DNA of 51,280 nt from a virus (lineage: Duplodnaviria; Caudoviricetes), in the IMG/VR virus record IMGVR_UViG_3300032327_000957, positions 1-51,280 of that record, one strand, 5' to 3'. A model generated the notes under the pieces. That model worked only from the letters and a program-made list of their open reading frames with translations, searched no databases and was not told the origin of the DNA. Shown piece by piece: positions 1-9,134 of the stretch; the stretch's first letter is position 1; each line of letters starts with the position of its first letter. Made by a program: the position numbers and the translations under genes.

Positions 1-1
1 A

Positions 2-478
2 TGTTTTAGAGTATTAAAAAAAGGAGGGTATTTAATTATATTTTATGATATATGGAAATGTAATGATATAAAAATAAGTGCTGATAAATTAGGATTTAAA
101 CAACCTAGAGTATGTAGTTGGGTTAAAACTAACCCAACCCCAATTAATTCAAAAGTTAATTATTTATCTAATGCGGTAGAATATTTTTTTACCTTTACAA
201 AAGGAAGTAATCCTACTTTTAATTCTAAATATGATAATGGTATTTATACATATCCTCTTTGTCATGGAAAAGAAAGAGTTCATCCTACTCAAAAACCATT
301 AAAATTAATTTTAGATTTAGTGGAAAAACATTCAAAAGAAGGGGATGTTATTTTAGATCCGTTTGCGGGTTCAGGGACAACGGGAGAAGCAGCTAAAATA
401 ATAAATAGAGATTATATCTTAATAGAAAAAGAAATAGAATATTATAATTTATGTAATAATAGACTAAACAAAATATAA
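2..478 (+). CDS. Site-specific DNA methyltransferase (N6-adenine/N4-cytosine, beta class), 5'-truncated by window edge
   Basis: My translation of frame 2: CFRVLKKGGYLIIF...HPTQKPLKL...VILDPFAGSGTT (SAM-binding motif I), stop TAA at 476-478; not in ORF track. Confidence 0.9.
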   Translation, partial: CFRVLKKGGYLIIFYDIWKCNDIKISADKLGFKQPRVCSWVKTNPTPINSKVNYLSNAVEYFFTFTKGSNPTFNSKYDNGIYTYPLCHGKERVHPTQKPLKLILDLVEKHSKEGDVILDPFAGSGTTGEAAKIINRDYILIEKEIEYYNLCNNRLNKI

Positions 479-509
479 AACAATTATATAATAAAAAAAA
501 CAAAAAAAT

Positions 510-911
510 ATGATAACTATCAAAAACAGTCAGTTAAGTCAAGACACAGTAACTGCTTTAAATGCTATTATTGATTTAGATATAAAAGCAGGAGAAGCTT
601 TTAAATTAATGAGAATGTTAAAAGATTTATCTTCTATTATTGAAGATAAAACAAAATTAGAAAAAAGAATCTTTGAAAAATATGTTGAGAGAGATTCTAC
701 AGGAAATCCAGTTGAAGCTGTGGATAATGAAGGTAAGGTTATTCCAAATGCAGTTAAAATAACTGATACTTTTTCTTTTAACAAAGAAATGGAGGAATTA
801 ATGAGTGTAGAAAATACATTAAGTCATGATAAATTAAATTTTGATGATTTAAATCTTAATTCAAATGTTAAAGTTAAGGATTTACTTAAAATTGATTTCT
901 TATTTAATTAA
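510..911 (+). CDS. Hypothetical protein, possibly tail-fibre-associated
   Basis: 133-aa ORF with upstream promoter-like motif and downstream terminator. Confidence 0.5.
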   Translation: MITIKNSQLSQDTVTALNAIIDLDIKAGEAFKLMRMLKDLSSIIEDKTKLEKRIFEKYVERDSTGNPVEAVDNEGKVIPNAVKITDTFSFNKEMEELMSVENTLSHDKLNFDDLNLNSNVKVKDLLKIDFLFN

Positions 912-945
912 AAAAAAGTTTCTACGAAAGTAGAAACTTTTTTTT
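910..945 (+). terminator. Rho-independent terminator
   Basis: AAAAAAAGTTTCTAC-GAAA-GTAGAAACTTTTTTTT hairpin. Confidence 0.85.
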
Positions 946-994
946 GTGCCTAATTGTTTTTAATATATATAATATATAAAATAAAAATAAATTA

Positions 995-2455
995 ATGCTT
1001 ACATTTAGTAGTTATAAAAATACTCGCTATGAATCTAGTAATTTATCAGGCGTAGATGATTTTATTCAAAAAATACCTGATAATACTAATAATTTAATAA
1101 CCCCTAGAAATTTAAGAGATGCTATTTATACCACATGGATAAATAATGTTTTTAAACAAACAACTGCATCAGGTAGTTATTATATTGGATTAGATTCTGA
1201 TAGTGCTAGTAGTATTTTAACTAATCCATTTTATTTTGGTAAAAGAAACTATTTAGGTAGTAATGTAATGAACTCTACTTTATTAAATAATGGTACAGAC
1301 GTATTCTTTTTTAATAATAAACCAGATACAGTTACTCAAAGTACTATAGTTACATTTTTAGCAGGAAATCCAACTTTATTTAATACAGCTCCTTATATAA
1401 TAACTGCTGCTACAAACTCAGGATTAGATATTAGTGTTATTAATCCAAATGGAAATGTTAATTTAACAGCAGCTTCAAATAGTAGTATTTATTTAAATGG
1501 TTATAAGTTTCCTTCAATAAGTTCTACTGGTTCAGTTGGACAAGCTTTAATATTAGGTTCTAATAATATAGTAAGTTGGCAAAATGTAAGTAGTAATTTT
1601 GCTTATAATAATCCTAAAATTTCTACCTCAGCAGTTGGTGGTATTCCATCTGGAATTTCATTTAGTAATAGAAGTGTTTCAGATATGTTTGATCAAATGT
1701 TTTATCCAAACATTGCTCCTATTATGTATGCATTTAGTATTACATATACGGGAGTTTCTGGTACACATACACCTGGTAATTTTTATACAAGATCATCTGT
1801 TGGTTCATCAACCCCAATTGAAATAGGAAGTTTAACAGGATCTATAACTTATAGTGTGACTATACAACCAAAAAGTTCTCCTGTAACTTACGCTACTTTT
1901 TCAGGATCTGGTACCGATGGAGGTTATATACAAAGCCAAGTAGTAGGAGGTATAACAGATATTTTAACTTTATCAGGTACTGTTTTACCTGTTCCTAATC
2001 CAAACACTGCATCATATACATATAATGTATATGTTAAAGATAGCTTGGGAGCTCTATCAAATACATTATCAACTAATATACAAAGTTATTATCCTTATTA
2101 TTATTACAGATCAACAACTTTATATACAGCTAATCAAATAGCAAGTTGGGTATCAGTAGGAGGGACTGTATCAAAAGTTGTTACTAATACAAATAGTACA
2201 ATAAGTGTAAATCCAGGATTTGTAAATCCAAATAATGAATATCTATATTTAGTATCCCCACGTTCTTTAAGTACTTGGTCAAACCCCCTACTATCTAGTG
2301 ATACAGCAGACATGGTAGGAGAACGTGGAACCTATTATTTGACATCTATTTCAATAACACCAACATCAAATTACTGGATAAAAACTTATTATATATATAT
2401 TTCTAGAACCCCAATAACTAAATCAAATGTTGGTTCAGGTTATAATTATAATTAA
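995..2455 (+). CDS. Virion structural / tail-fibre-like protein
   Basis: 486 aa, Ser/Thr/Asn/Gly-rich beta-strand composition, upstream of S74 fibre gene, TAATATATA motif at 961. Confidence 0.55.
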   Translation: MLTFSSYKNTRYESSNLSGVDDFIQKIPDNTNNLITPRNLRDAIYTTWINNVFKQTTASGSYYIGLDSDSASSILTNPFYFGKRNYLGSNVMNSTLLNNGTDVFFFNNKPDTVTQSTIVTFLAGNPTLFNTAPYIITAATNSGLDISVINPNGNVNLTAASNSSIYLNGYKFPSISSTGSVGQALILGSNNIVSWQNVSSNFAYNNPKISTSAVGGIPSGISFSNRSVSDMFDQMFYPNIAPIMYAFSITYTGVSGTHTPGNFYTRSSVGSSTPIEIGSLTGSITYSVTIQPKSSPVTYATFSGSGTDGGYIQSQVVGGITDILTLSGTVLPVPNPNTASYTYNVYVKDSLGALSNTLSTNIQSYYPYYYYRSTTLYTANQIASWVSVGGTVSKVVTNTNSTISVNPGFVNPNNEYLYLVSPRSLSTWSNPLLSSDTADMVGERGTYYLTSISITPTSNYWIKTYYIYISRTPITKSNVGSGYNYN

Positions 2456-2474
2456 AAATAAAAATAAATAAAAA

Positions 2475-4373
2475 ATGGCAATAGTTTATTCAAGTAATAT
2501 AATAGCAGGAGTTCCATTACCTTTAGATGGTTATTACTACAATGATATAATACCATATACTACAACAGCATCAGTTTGTTCTTCTATAACTTTCAGTAGT
2601 AGGTATATTGGTATGACTGTATTAATAGGAACATCAAGCACAAGGCCATACCCACAAGAATATTGGTGGCAAAATGGGACTTCTGATTCACAATTAGTCT
2701 TAAAACAATCATTAGCAACAGGTAATATAACAGGATCTGCTTCTACAGGTTATGTAGCCTTATGGACAGGAACCACAAGTGTGGGTTATAGTCCTAGTTT
2801 ATATTGGAATAGTGGTATAAATGGGTTATTAGTAGGTAGTGCTTTTTCTTCAGGTACTTATTCATTACAAGTTTATGGTGATGCTTATTTTAGAAGTAAT
2901 GCTACTAATAGTATTGGAATTAATATTTCACATGGATCCCCTAGTAATAGTGGAGTAGCTATATATTCTAATACATATAAATCTGCTTTTGGGTTTTTTA
3001 ATTTAACTGCACAGTCTTTTATTAGAGGTTCTGTCGCAGGTGGAGGTACACTTTTATCAATTGAAGATACAAATTCTGATGGTAATGGTATAAATCCATT
3101 AACTATCACATCAAAACCACCAACTGGTGATGGATTTACTAGTTCTTTTAATTTCTTAACATTCGGTGTATTTCCTGAGTTTGGAACTATAGCTAATGGA
3201 GCTTCAATAAATCAGCAATATTATTATAGAGATTACCCTACGTATTCCGCAAGTTCGTCAAATCCAAATGCATATAGACAATTAGGGTTATATGGGATGA
3301 TATATGAATCAGGTACATTTAGTTTTGAAAATACATCATTTAGATGGAAATTATCTAATAATGGTAGCGTAAGGGACTATATGAAATTAAATACTGATGG
3401 TTTAATGATTAGATCTACCGTTAGTCGTGGAACATATAGTCTTCAAGTAAATGGTAGTACCATAATAAGTGGGACTTCTAATAGTGGTGGAACGATAGTA
3501 CCATCTTTTGTAGGTAGTGCTGCTTTAGTTTTAGATGGAAATAGTGCATGTGGTATATATTCGGCACTAAGTTCTGGTTTTCAATTTTTTAATCAATCAT
3601 CAGGATGTATAATTAATGGAGATGCTCAAACATTATTAGATATACAACATAGAAGTAATAATCCAGGTAAATATGGGTTAATGTTAAGATCATTTCCTGT
3701 AAATAATACAAGTGGTTCTGTGGGTAATTATAATTTATTAACATTTCTAAGCTCACCTTCTCCTAGTGCTTCATCTATGTTTTTAACTGGATCATCATTA
3801 GGGCAATCTTATAATGCGTTTGATCCAAATACATTAACATATTCTTATATGGGTAATTTTGGATGTTATATGGATAGTAATACATTTAATTCAATAAGTA
3901 CTAGTTTTAGATGGTCAACCTCAAATGCTGGAAGTTTTTCTAATAACATGATACTAAGAGGATATGGGGTTGGTAAATCTCAATTATTAATTGGTTATGG
4001 AACAAGTCAAGGAACATATAGTTTACAAGTTAATGGTAATGCTTATTTTTCAGAAAATATATCAGCTAGTGGTTCTATAACTGCTCAAACAGGTGGTTTT
4101 GATTCTGATTTTAGATTAAAATCTGATATAGTTTATAACCCTATAATAAAAGGAATTGATTCTATTAAATCTGCTTCTTATGTAATTGGTGGTAATTCTC
4201 ATATAGGTTATATAGCACAAGATGTTGAAGGTATTGTACCAAGTTCTATAATTATAAAAGAGGATGGTTATTTAGCACTAAATTATAACGAAGTTTTAGT
4301 AGCAAAAGTAGCTTACTTAGAAAATAAAGTAAAAGAACTTTATGATATAATAGAAAGAAATGGATTAAAATAA
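2475..4373 (+). CDS. Tail fibre with C-terminal peptidase S74 intramolecular chaperone
   Basis: C-terminal SDFRLKSDI...GYIAQDVE...coiled coil; three internal GTYSLQVxG repeats. Confidence 0.85.
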   Translation: MAIVYSSNIIAGVPLPLDGYYYNDIIPYTTTASVCSSITFSSRYIGMTVLIGTSSTRPYPQEYWWQNGTSDSQLVLKQSLATGNITGSASTGYVALWTGTTSVGYSPSLYWNSGINGLLVGSAFSSGTYSLQVYGDAYFRSNATNSIGINISHGSPSNSGVAIYSNTYKSAFGFFNLTAQSFIRGSVAGGGTLLSIEDTNSDGNGINPLTITSKPPTGDGFTSSFNFLTFGVFPEFGTIANGASINQQYYYRDYPTYSASSSNPNAYRQLGLYGMIYESGTFSFENTSFRWKLSNNGSVRDYMKLNTDGLMIRSTVSRGTYSLQVNGSTIISGTSNSGGTIVPSFVGSAALVLDGNSACGIYSALSSGFQFFNQSSGCIINGDAQTLLDIQHRSNNPGKYGLMLRSFPVNNTSGSVGNYNLLTFLSSPSPSASSMFLTGSSLGQSYNAFDPNTLTYSYMGNFGCYMDSNTFNSISTSFRWSTSNAGSFSNNMILRGYGVGKSQLLIGYGTSQGTYSLQVNGNAYFSENISASGSITAQTGGFDSDFRLKSDIVYNPIIKGIDSIKSASYVIGGNSHIGYIAQDVEGIVPSSIIIKEDGYLALNYNEVLVAKVAYLENKVKELYDIIERNGLK

Positions 4374-4400
4374 AAAAAGGAGCTTAAAGCTCCTTTTTTT
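4372..4400. terminator. Bidirectional terminator between convergent genes
   Basis: AAAAAAAGGAGCT-TAA-AGCTCCTTTTTTT. Confidence 0.85.
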
Positions 4401-5076
4401 ATTTCTTACTCTTAAACCAATAATTAAAATAAATAAAATTATCTCCTGTTAAATTAAAAAACTTATTATTATATTCAATTGTGATTGAATTTTCCATAGA
4501 ACGTATAACCTTAATATCAGAACCTTCTTTTAATAAGAGGTCTTCTCCTGTTATATTATTAGTGCATAAAATTTGAGACTTTAATAAAATATATTCCCCT
4601 ATCTCAGGTTTTAACCAAGCCTTTATAGTCTTAATTATTAAACCCTCAACCTTAACTCTCCATTCTTTACTCTGAACAAGATCATGGTCTTTAAATATCT
4701 CAGATACTAATCTTGGTAAAGGATTTAATATGTTTTTAACAACTCCAAAATATTCTTTATCATGAACTAAAAATGATATATAAGCATCATAATTAACTCT
4801 ATCATTTGAAGTGATTCTTAATATTTTTAATTTATCTACATTTTGTTCTTCAAGAGAAAGCATAGATCTTAATGATCTAAATGTAGATGATGTAGTTAAG
4901 TTCTTAACAATACCTTCTAAATTAGATATAGCAGTTCTAACCCTATCTAAATGTTTATCAAATGCATTTATACTTAATTGAGGGTTTTCAACTGCTACTG
5001 CCATTTGAGAAGTATCAGGATTCATCCTTTGTGAATTAAATTCTGTAAACTCTAAAATTAATCTATTTTTTGCCAT
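4399..5076 (-). CDS. Hypothetical phage protein (leader-motif family)
   Basis: 225-aa ORF, N-terminus LILEFTEFNS. Confidence 0.6.
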   Translation of the reverse strand: MAKNRLILEFTEFNSQRMNPDTSQMAVAVENPQLSINAFDKHLDRVRTAISNLEGIVKNLTTSSTFRSLRSMLSLEEQNVDKLKILRITSNDRVNYDAYISFLVHDKEYFGVVKNILNPLPRLVSEIFKDHDLVQSKEWRVKVEGLIIKTIKAWLKPEIGEYILLKSQILCTNNITGEDLLLKEGSDIKVIRSMENSITIEYNNKFFNLTGDNFIYFNYWFKSKK

Positions 5077-5086
5077 AATTATTATT

Positions 5087-5100
5087 TAATATATATATTA
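5087..5100. promoter_or_regulatory. Palindromic double TAATATATA motif, putative late promoter serving divergent genes
   Basis: TAATATATATATTA between starts at 5076(-) and 5118(+); motif recurs upstream of about 16 genes. Confidence 0.6.
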
Positions 5101-5117
5101 AAATAAAATTTTCAAAA

Positions 5118-5423
5118 ATGAGAATTAAAAAATTTAATGAATTAAATACTGCTTTAATATCTAATGATAAAGTTAGAGAACTGACAGAAAAATTATCTAA
5201 TCTATCAAGTGATTTTCATACTAATATGGATACTATTGTTAATGTGATTAATGATATTGAATCTTTTGTAGATGATAAGAGTGATAAAAATAATCAAATT
5301 GATGATTCTTATTTAGAATTAAAGTCAGTAAAAAGTAAGTTAAAAGATATAATTAATTCTATTGATAAATCAATATCTAATTTAGATAATTATGTTGATA
5401 AAGGTAGTTCTTATATGTACTAA
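5118..5423 (+). CDS. Hypothetical coiled-coil protein (leader-motif family)
   Basis: 101 aa, starts MRIKKFNELN. Confidence 0.6.
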   Translation: MRIKKFNELNTALISNDKVRELTEKLSNLSSDFHTNMDTIVNVINDIESFVDDKSDKNNQIDDSYLELKSVKSKLKDIINSIDKSISNLDNYVDKGSSYMY

Positions 5424-5441
5424 TAAAAAATAAAAATAAAC

Positions 5442-5957
5442 ATGAAAAAATTTACACAAATTAAAAAGATAAATGAGGATAATGAAATTATTCCTGCATT
5501 TAACCCTAGTGAGATTTATAAAAAAATTGCTGCTATAAAACCAAGTAACTTAATAGAAGAGCCCGCAGTAGTTGAAAAAACAGATGTTGTCAAATTCCTT
5601 TCAAAGATTTTTGAAACTCGTGAAATGAGTCATAAATATCATTTACAAGTTAAAGGCGATATGGGTTCTTATGCAGCACATGTTGCATTAGGAGCTTATT
5701 ATGAAGGTGTTCAGGAACTAGTGGATACATTAGTGGAAGTTTATCAAGGACAATATGAAATAGTTGAGGGATATGATATAATTGATACAAGTATTACTCA
5801 AACAAAAGAAAGGATTGCTTATTTCCAAGAATCCGTAGCATTTGTTCGTGAAACTAGAATATGTATTCCTCAAGAAGATACACATTTACATAATATAATT
5901 GATGAGATTGTTGCTCTTTTATATAGAACATTATATAAATTAAAATACAATAGATAA
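5442..5957 (+). CDS. Ferritin/Dps-like four-helix protein (phage DUF5856-like)
   Basis: HKYHLQ...SYAAHVALGAYYE...DTLVEVYQG...TLYKLK pattern. Confidence 0.65.
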   Translation: MKKFTQIKKINEDNEIIPAFNPSEIYKKIAAIKPSNLIEEPAVVEKTDVVKFLSKIFETREMSHKYHLQVKGDMGSYAAHVALGAYYEGVQELVDTLVEVYQGQYEIVEGYDIIDTSITQTKERIAYFQESVAFVRETRICIPQEDTHLHNIIDEIVALLYRTLYKLKYNR

Positions 5958-5958
5958 T

Positions 5959-5990
5959 AAAAAAACCCGATACTTAGTATCGGGTTTTTT
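5959..5990. terminator. Bidirectional terminator
   Basis: AAAAAACCCGATAC-TTA-GTATCGGGTTTTTT. Confidence 0.85.
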
Positions 5991-5993
5991 ATT

Positions 5994-6398
5994 TTAAAAC
6001 TTTCCTTTTAAAGAATTAAATATAGTATCTCCTTCATAAGTTTTTCTTGCTTGATGATAAAATTCAAATTTATCATCTTCTGATACTTCATTATCATCAA
6101 ATTTTTCTTTCCAAGCTCTTTGAATTTTTTCTTCGGGAGAAAGTTCTTTAGGCATTTTTCTAAACATATCAGGAATATCTATCAATTTATTCTCATTAAG
6201 ATTATCATCAAATTCGTTAATTTCTTCAATATTATTGATTATATGACTATCATAATCATCTATTCCTTCTATTATAGAATCTGATTTATACCCTGCTTCT
6301 CCTTCATTTTCAGCATCAATTTTTAATACTAAATACGATGATACTTTATATTTTTTTGAACTTTCGTTTTGTTCTACTAGCTTTGTAAAAGTATTCAT
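5994..6398 (-). CDS. Hypothetical protein
   Basis: 134-aa acidic ORF preceded by TAATATATA motif (6419-6427, minus). Confidence 0.55.
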   Translation of the reverse strand: MNTFTKLVEQNESSKKYKVSSYLVLKIDAENEGEAGYKSDSIIEGIDDYDSHIINNIEEINEFDDNLNENKLIDIPDMFRKMPKELSPEEKIQRAWKEKFDDNEVSEDDKFEFYHQARKTYEGDTIFNSLKGKF

Positions 6399-6438
6399 TT
6401 TATGAATTTATTTTAATGTATATATTAAAATAAATAAA

Positions 6439-7119
6439 TTAGGATTTTTGTGTTTTAATTACCTCATCTATCAATCCATAACTTACAGCTTCATCAGCAG
6501 ATAACCATAAATCACGGTCAGCATCTTTCTTAATTATTTCAGGATCTTTATCACAAAACTCACCTAATAAGGTGAATAATAATTCATTCACTTTTTCCCA
6601 TTCTTGCCAAGTGATTTTAGCATCTAAGATATGCCCACCTGCACCACCTGATGATTGGTGTATCATTGATCTTGAAAATCTTAAAGAAGATCTTTTACCT
6701 TTTGTACCTGCACCTAAAAGTACTGCCCCCATTGAAGCACACATTCCTGTATTTATTGTTTGTATATCAGATTTTATATACTGCATTACATCTACAATAG
6801 ATAATCCAGATTTAACTGAACCTCCAGGACTATCAATATGCATTATAATATCCTTTGGATTTTTTGGATCTGTTGAATCTAAATACATTAACTGTGCTTG
6901 AACAATTGTGCTCATGTGGTCATTTACAGGTCCTGCTAACCAAAGCATTCTGTCTCTCATTAATCTTGAGAAGATATCCATTTGAGTTACTCTCATTTCT
7001 CTTTCTTCTAAGATATAAGGTGTCATGCTGCTCTCTATACCTTTTTCATAGTAATCTAAGTTTAGAGAACTAATGCCATTAGACATGGCGTACTTTACAA
7101 AATCATTTTGTCTGTTCAT
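6439..7119 (-). CDS. clpP: ATP-dependent Clp protease proteolytic subunit
   Basis: DIFSRLMRDR, IDSPGGSV, GMCASMGAVLL (catalytic Ser), MIHQ (His), DRDLWLSADEAVSYGLID. Confidence 0.97.
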   Translation of the reverse strand: MNRQNDFVKYAMSNGISSLNLDYYEKGIESSMTPYILEEREMRVTQMDIFSRLMRDRMLWLAGPVNDHMSTIVQAQLMYLDSTDPKNPKDIIMHIDSPGGSVKSGLSIVDVMQYIKSDIQTINTGMCASMGAVLLGAGTKGKRSSLRFSRSMIHQSSGGAGGHILDAKITWQEWEKVNELLFTLLGEFCDKDPEIIKKDADRDLWLSADEAVSYGLIDEVIKTQKS

Positions 7120-7175
7120 GTTTTTTTATATTTATTTTTTTAATATATACAAATATACTAAAAAAAATTAATAAT

Positions 7176-7445
7176 ATGATAAAAAAATTTTATGAGTTCA
7201 GAAGCGGACCTGACACCGAAGTAGAAGAACCAATAACAAGACCTATAACTAAACCTATTGCCCCTTCATTTCCAAATCCATATGAAGATAGTGAGGATGA
7301 AGATGATGACCTTGATATAAAACCAGATTTTAAACCTCAACCAAAATTAGAAGATGATAATTTCATAATAGATAAATTAAAAGAAGTTCTTAAAGAAAAA
7401 GGAATGACTTTGGAAGATTTATATCAAATGTGTATAAACTTATAA
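7176..7445 (+). CDS. Hypothetical protein (leader-motif family)
   Basis: 89 aa, starts MIKKFYEF, Pro-rich and acidic. Confidence 0.5.
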   Translation: MIKKFYEFRSGPDTEVEEPITRPITKPIAPSFPNPYEDSEDEDDDLDIKPDFKPQPKLEDDNFIIDKLKEVLKEKGMTLEDLYQMCINL

Positions 7446-7459
7446 AAATATAATTAAAA

Positions 7460-9133
7460 ATGATATACAAAAAATTTAAAAAATTTTTAGAGGAAGTTGA
7501 TTTAACTGCATACACAGGTGGTGAGCCTTCTAATCCAGGATTACCTAAAGAATTTTTTAGTTCTTTAAACGAACCTTCAAAAAGTAAATTAGTTAGTGGT
7601 TATGCAGCAAATGAACTAACATATAAAGGTTTAGAAAATAAAAAAGATGAAATAAATTCTTCTTTAGAAGAAGTTGCTAAAGAAGTAATTAAAGAATATT
7701 ATAGTGATTTCTTTACTCAAAAAAATATTTCATTAGATATTAAAATTTCTTCAGGTGTAGATATACAAAATTTTTATGACCAAAATAAAACAGTTAAAGA
7801 AGCAGATTTTGATTATATAAAAAATTTAAAAGACGATGATATAGAAGATATTGATGAAATAGATGATATAGAACAAGTTGATGATTATGATGATGAAGTA
7901 ATTGATGATGAAGAATTTGATAATGATGATATTAAATTTGATGAAAGTTTAGTTAATGAAAATAAGTTAACTAAGTTAGCTATTCATAAAATGAAACTTA
8001 TTAATAATATAGTTCAAGGAGAAGGTTTAAATACAAAAGCATTAATTAATTTACCATCTACAAAAGATAAATTAATTAATCTTTATAAAAAATACGAATC
8101 AGAAACTTCAGCAACTAATAGAGTAGTATCACTTATACAGATATTTAATGACTTTGCTAATCATATGAAAAGAATTGATTGGGAAAGAGGCGATAGTTCT
8201 AGACCAAACTCAATTCCTTTTGGTTCTGCTTATGGAGCATGTGCAGTTGATATAGGTAAAGATAAACCTAAATTGAGTGATAATAATCCATCTTCTACAC
8301 AAGATGATGATGATATAGTATTTGAAAGTTTAATTCTTGAATCTAATAAACCACAAATAATTATAAAATCTAGAGGAATAGACTTTGCTATGTTATTACA
8401 TGAAACAGTAAAAGGAGTTTATAGTTTAGCTTATTCTAACGCTTTTAAAGATGAGAATTTAGTTAAAAAATTAGCTATTGCTACAGGTGGTATTGCGGAT
8501 GAAACTCAAGATTTTAAATATGGTCCTATAATAGCAGAAGATTTAATGAGTTTTGTTAATGATTCTATAGATAAAAATAAAAATAATATTGAAATTGAAA
8601 AATATGCTAGTATTCGTCTTTATACATATAGATTTTTATGTGAATTAGAATCAGAAGAATTCTTAAAAGTTTTTAAAGGTATATTATATAAAGCTACTAA
8701 ACTTAGATTAGAGAAAAGACATAAAAATAAAGATTTTGTTATTAGTGAAGATACTGAAGATTATATTTTATATTCTGAAAACAAAGTTAATAATATAGTT
8801 AATCAAGTTATTAATAAATTAATAAATAAAGAAAATAAAAAACAAGAAAAAGAGAATAAAAAAAGAGAGTGGGATGAATATCAAAGACAATTAAAAGAAT
8901 GGGAAGAATATGAAAAAAATAAAAAAACTTCTACACCTTCTAAAATAGAAGTAGAAGAAGTTGAGGAAGAAGATAGATCTAAATGGACTAAAAATGATTA
9001 TAATGATGCTATTAATATAGCATTAGAAAATGATGATATTCCAAGACTAACTTTATTATCAAATGAGATGAGAAATAAAAAAATGTATGAGAGTGTTTAT
9101 ACAAATTTTAAAAATTTTAAAAAATTAATATAA
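7460..9133 (+). CDS. Hypothetical protein with acidic tract and coiled coil
   Basis: 557 aa; D/E-rich linker; LLHETVKG HExx motif. Confidence 0.6.
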   Translation: MIYKKFKKFLEEVDLTAYTGGEPSNPGLPKEFFSSLNEPSKSKLVSGYAANELTYKGLENKKDEINSSLEEVAKEVIKEYYSDFFTQKNISLDIKISSGVDIQNFYDQNKTVKEADFDYIKNLKDDDIEDIDEIDDIEQVDDYDDEVIDDEEFDNDDIKFDESLVNENKLTKLAIHKMKLINNIVQGEGLNTKALINLPSTKDKLINLYKKYESETSATNRVVSLIQIFNDFANHMKRIDWERGDSSRPNSIPFGSAYGACAVDIGKDKPKLSDNNPSSTQDDDDIVFESLILESNKPQIIIKSRGIDFAMLLHETVKGVYSLAYSNAFKDENLVKKLAIATGGIADETQDFKYGPIIAEDLMSFVNDSIDKNKNNIEIEKYASIRLYTYRFLCELESEEFLKVFKGILYKATKLRLEKRHKNKDFVISEDTEDYILYSENKVNNIVNQVINKLINKENKKQEKENKKREWDEYQRQLKEWEEYEKNKKTSTPSKIEVEEVEEEDRSKWTKNDYNDAINIALENDDIPRLTLLSNEMRNKKMYESVYTNFKNFKKLI

Positions 9134-9134
9134 A

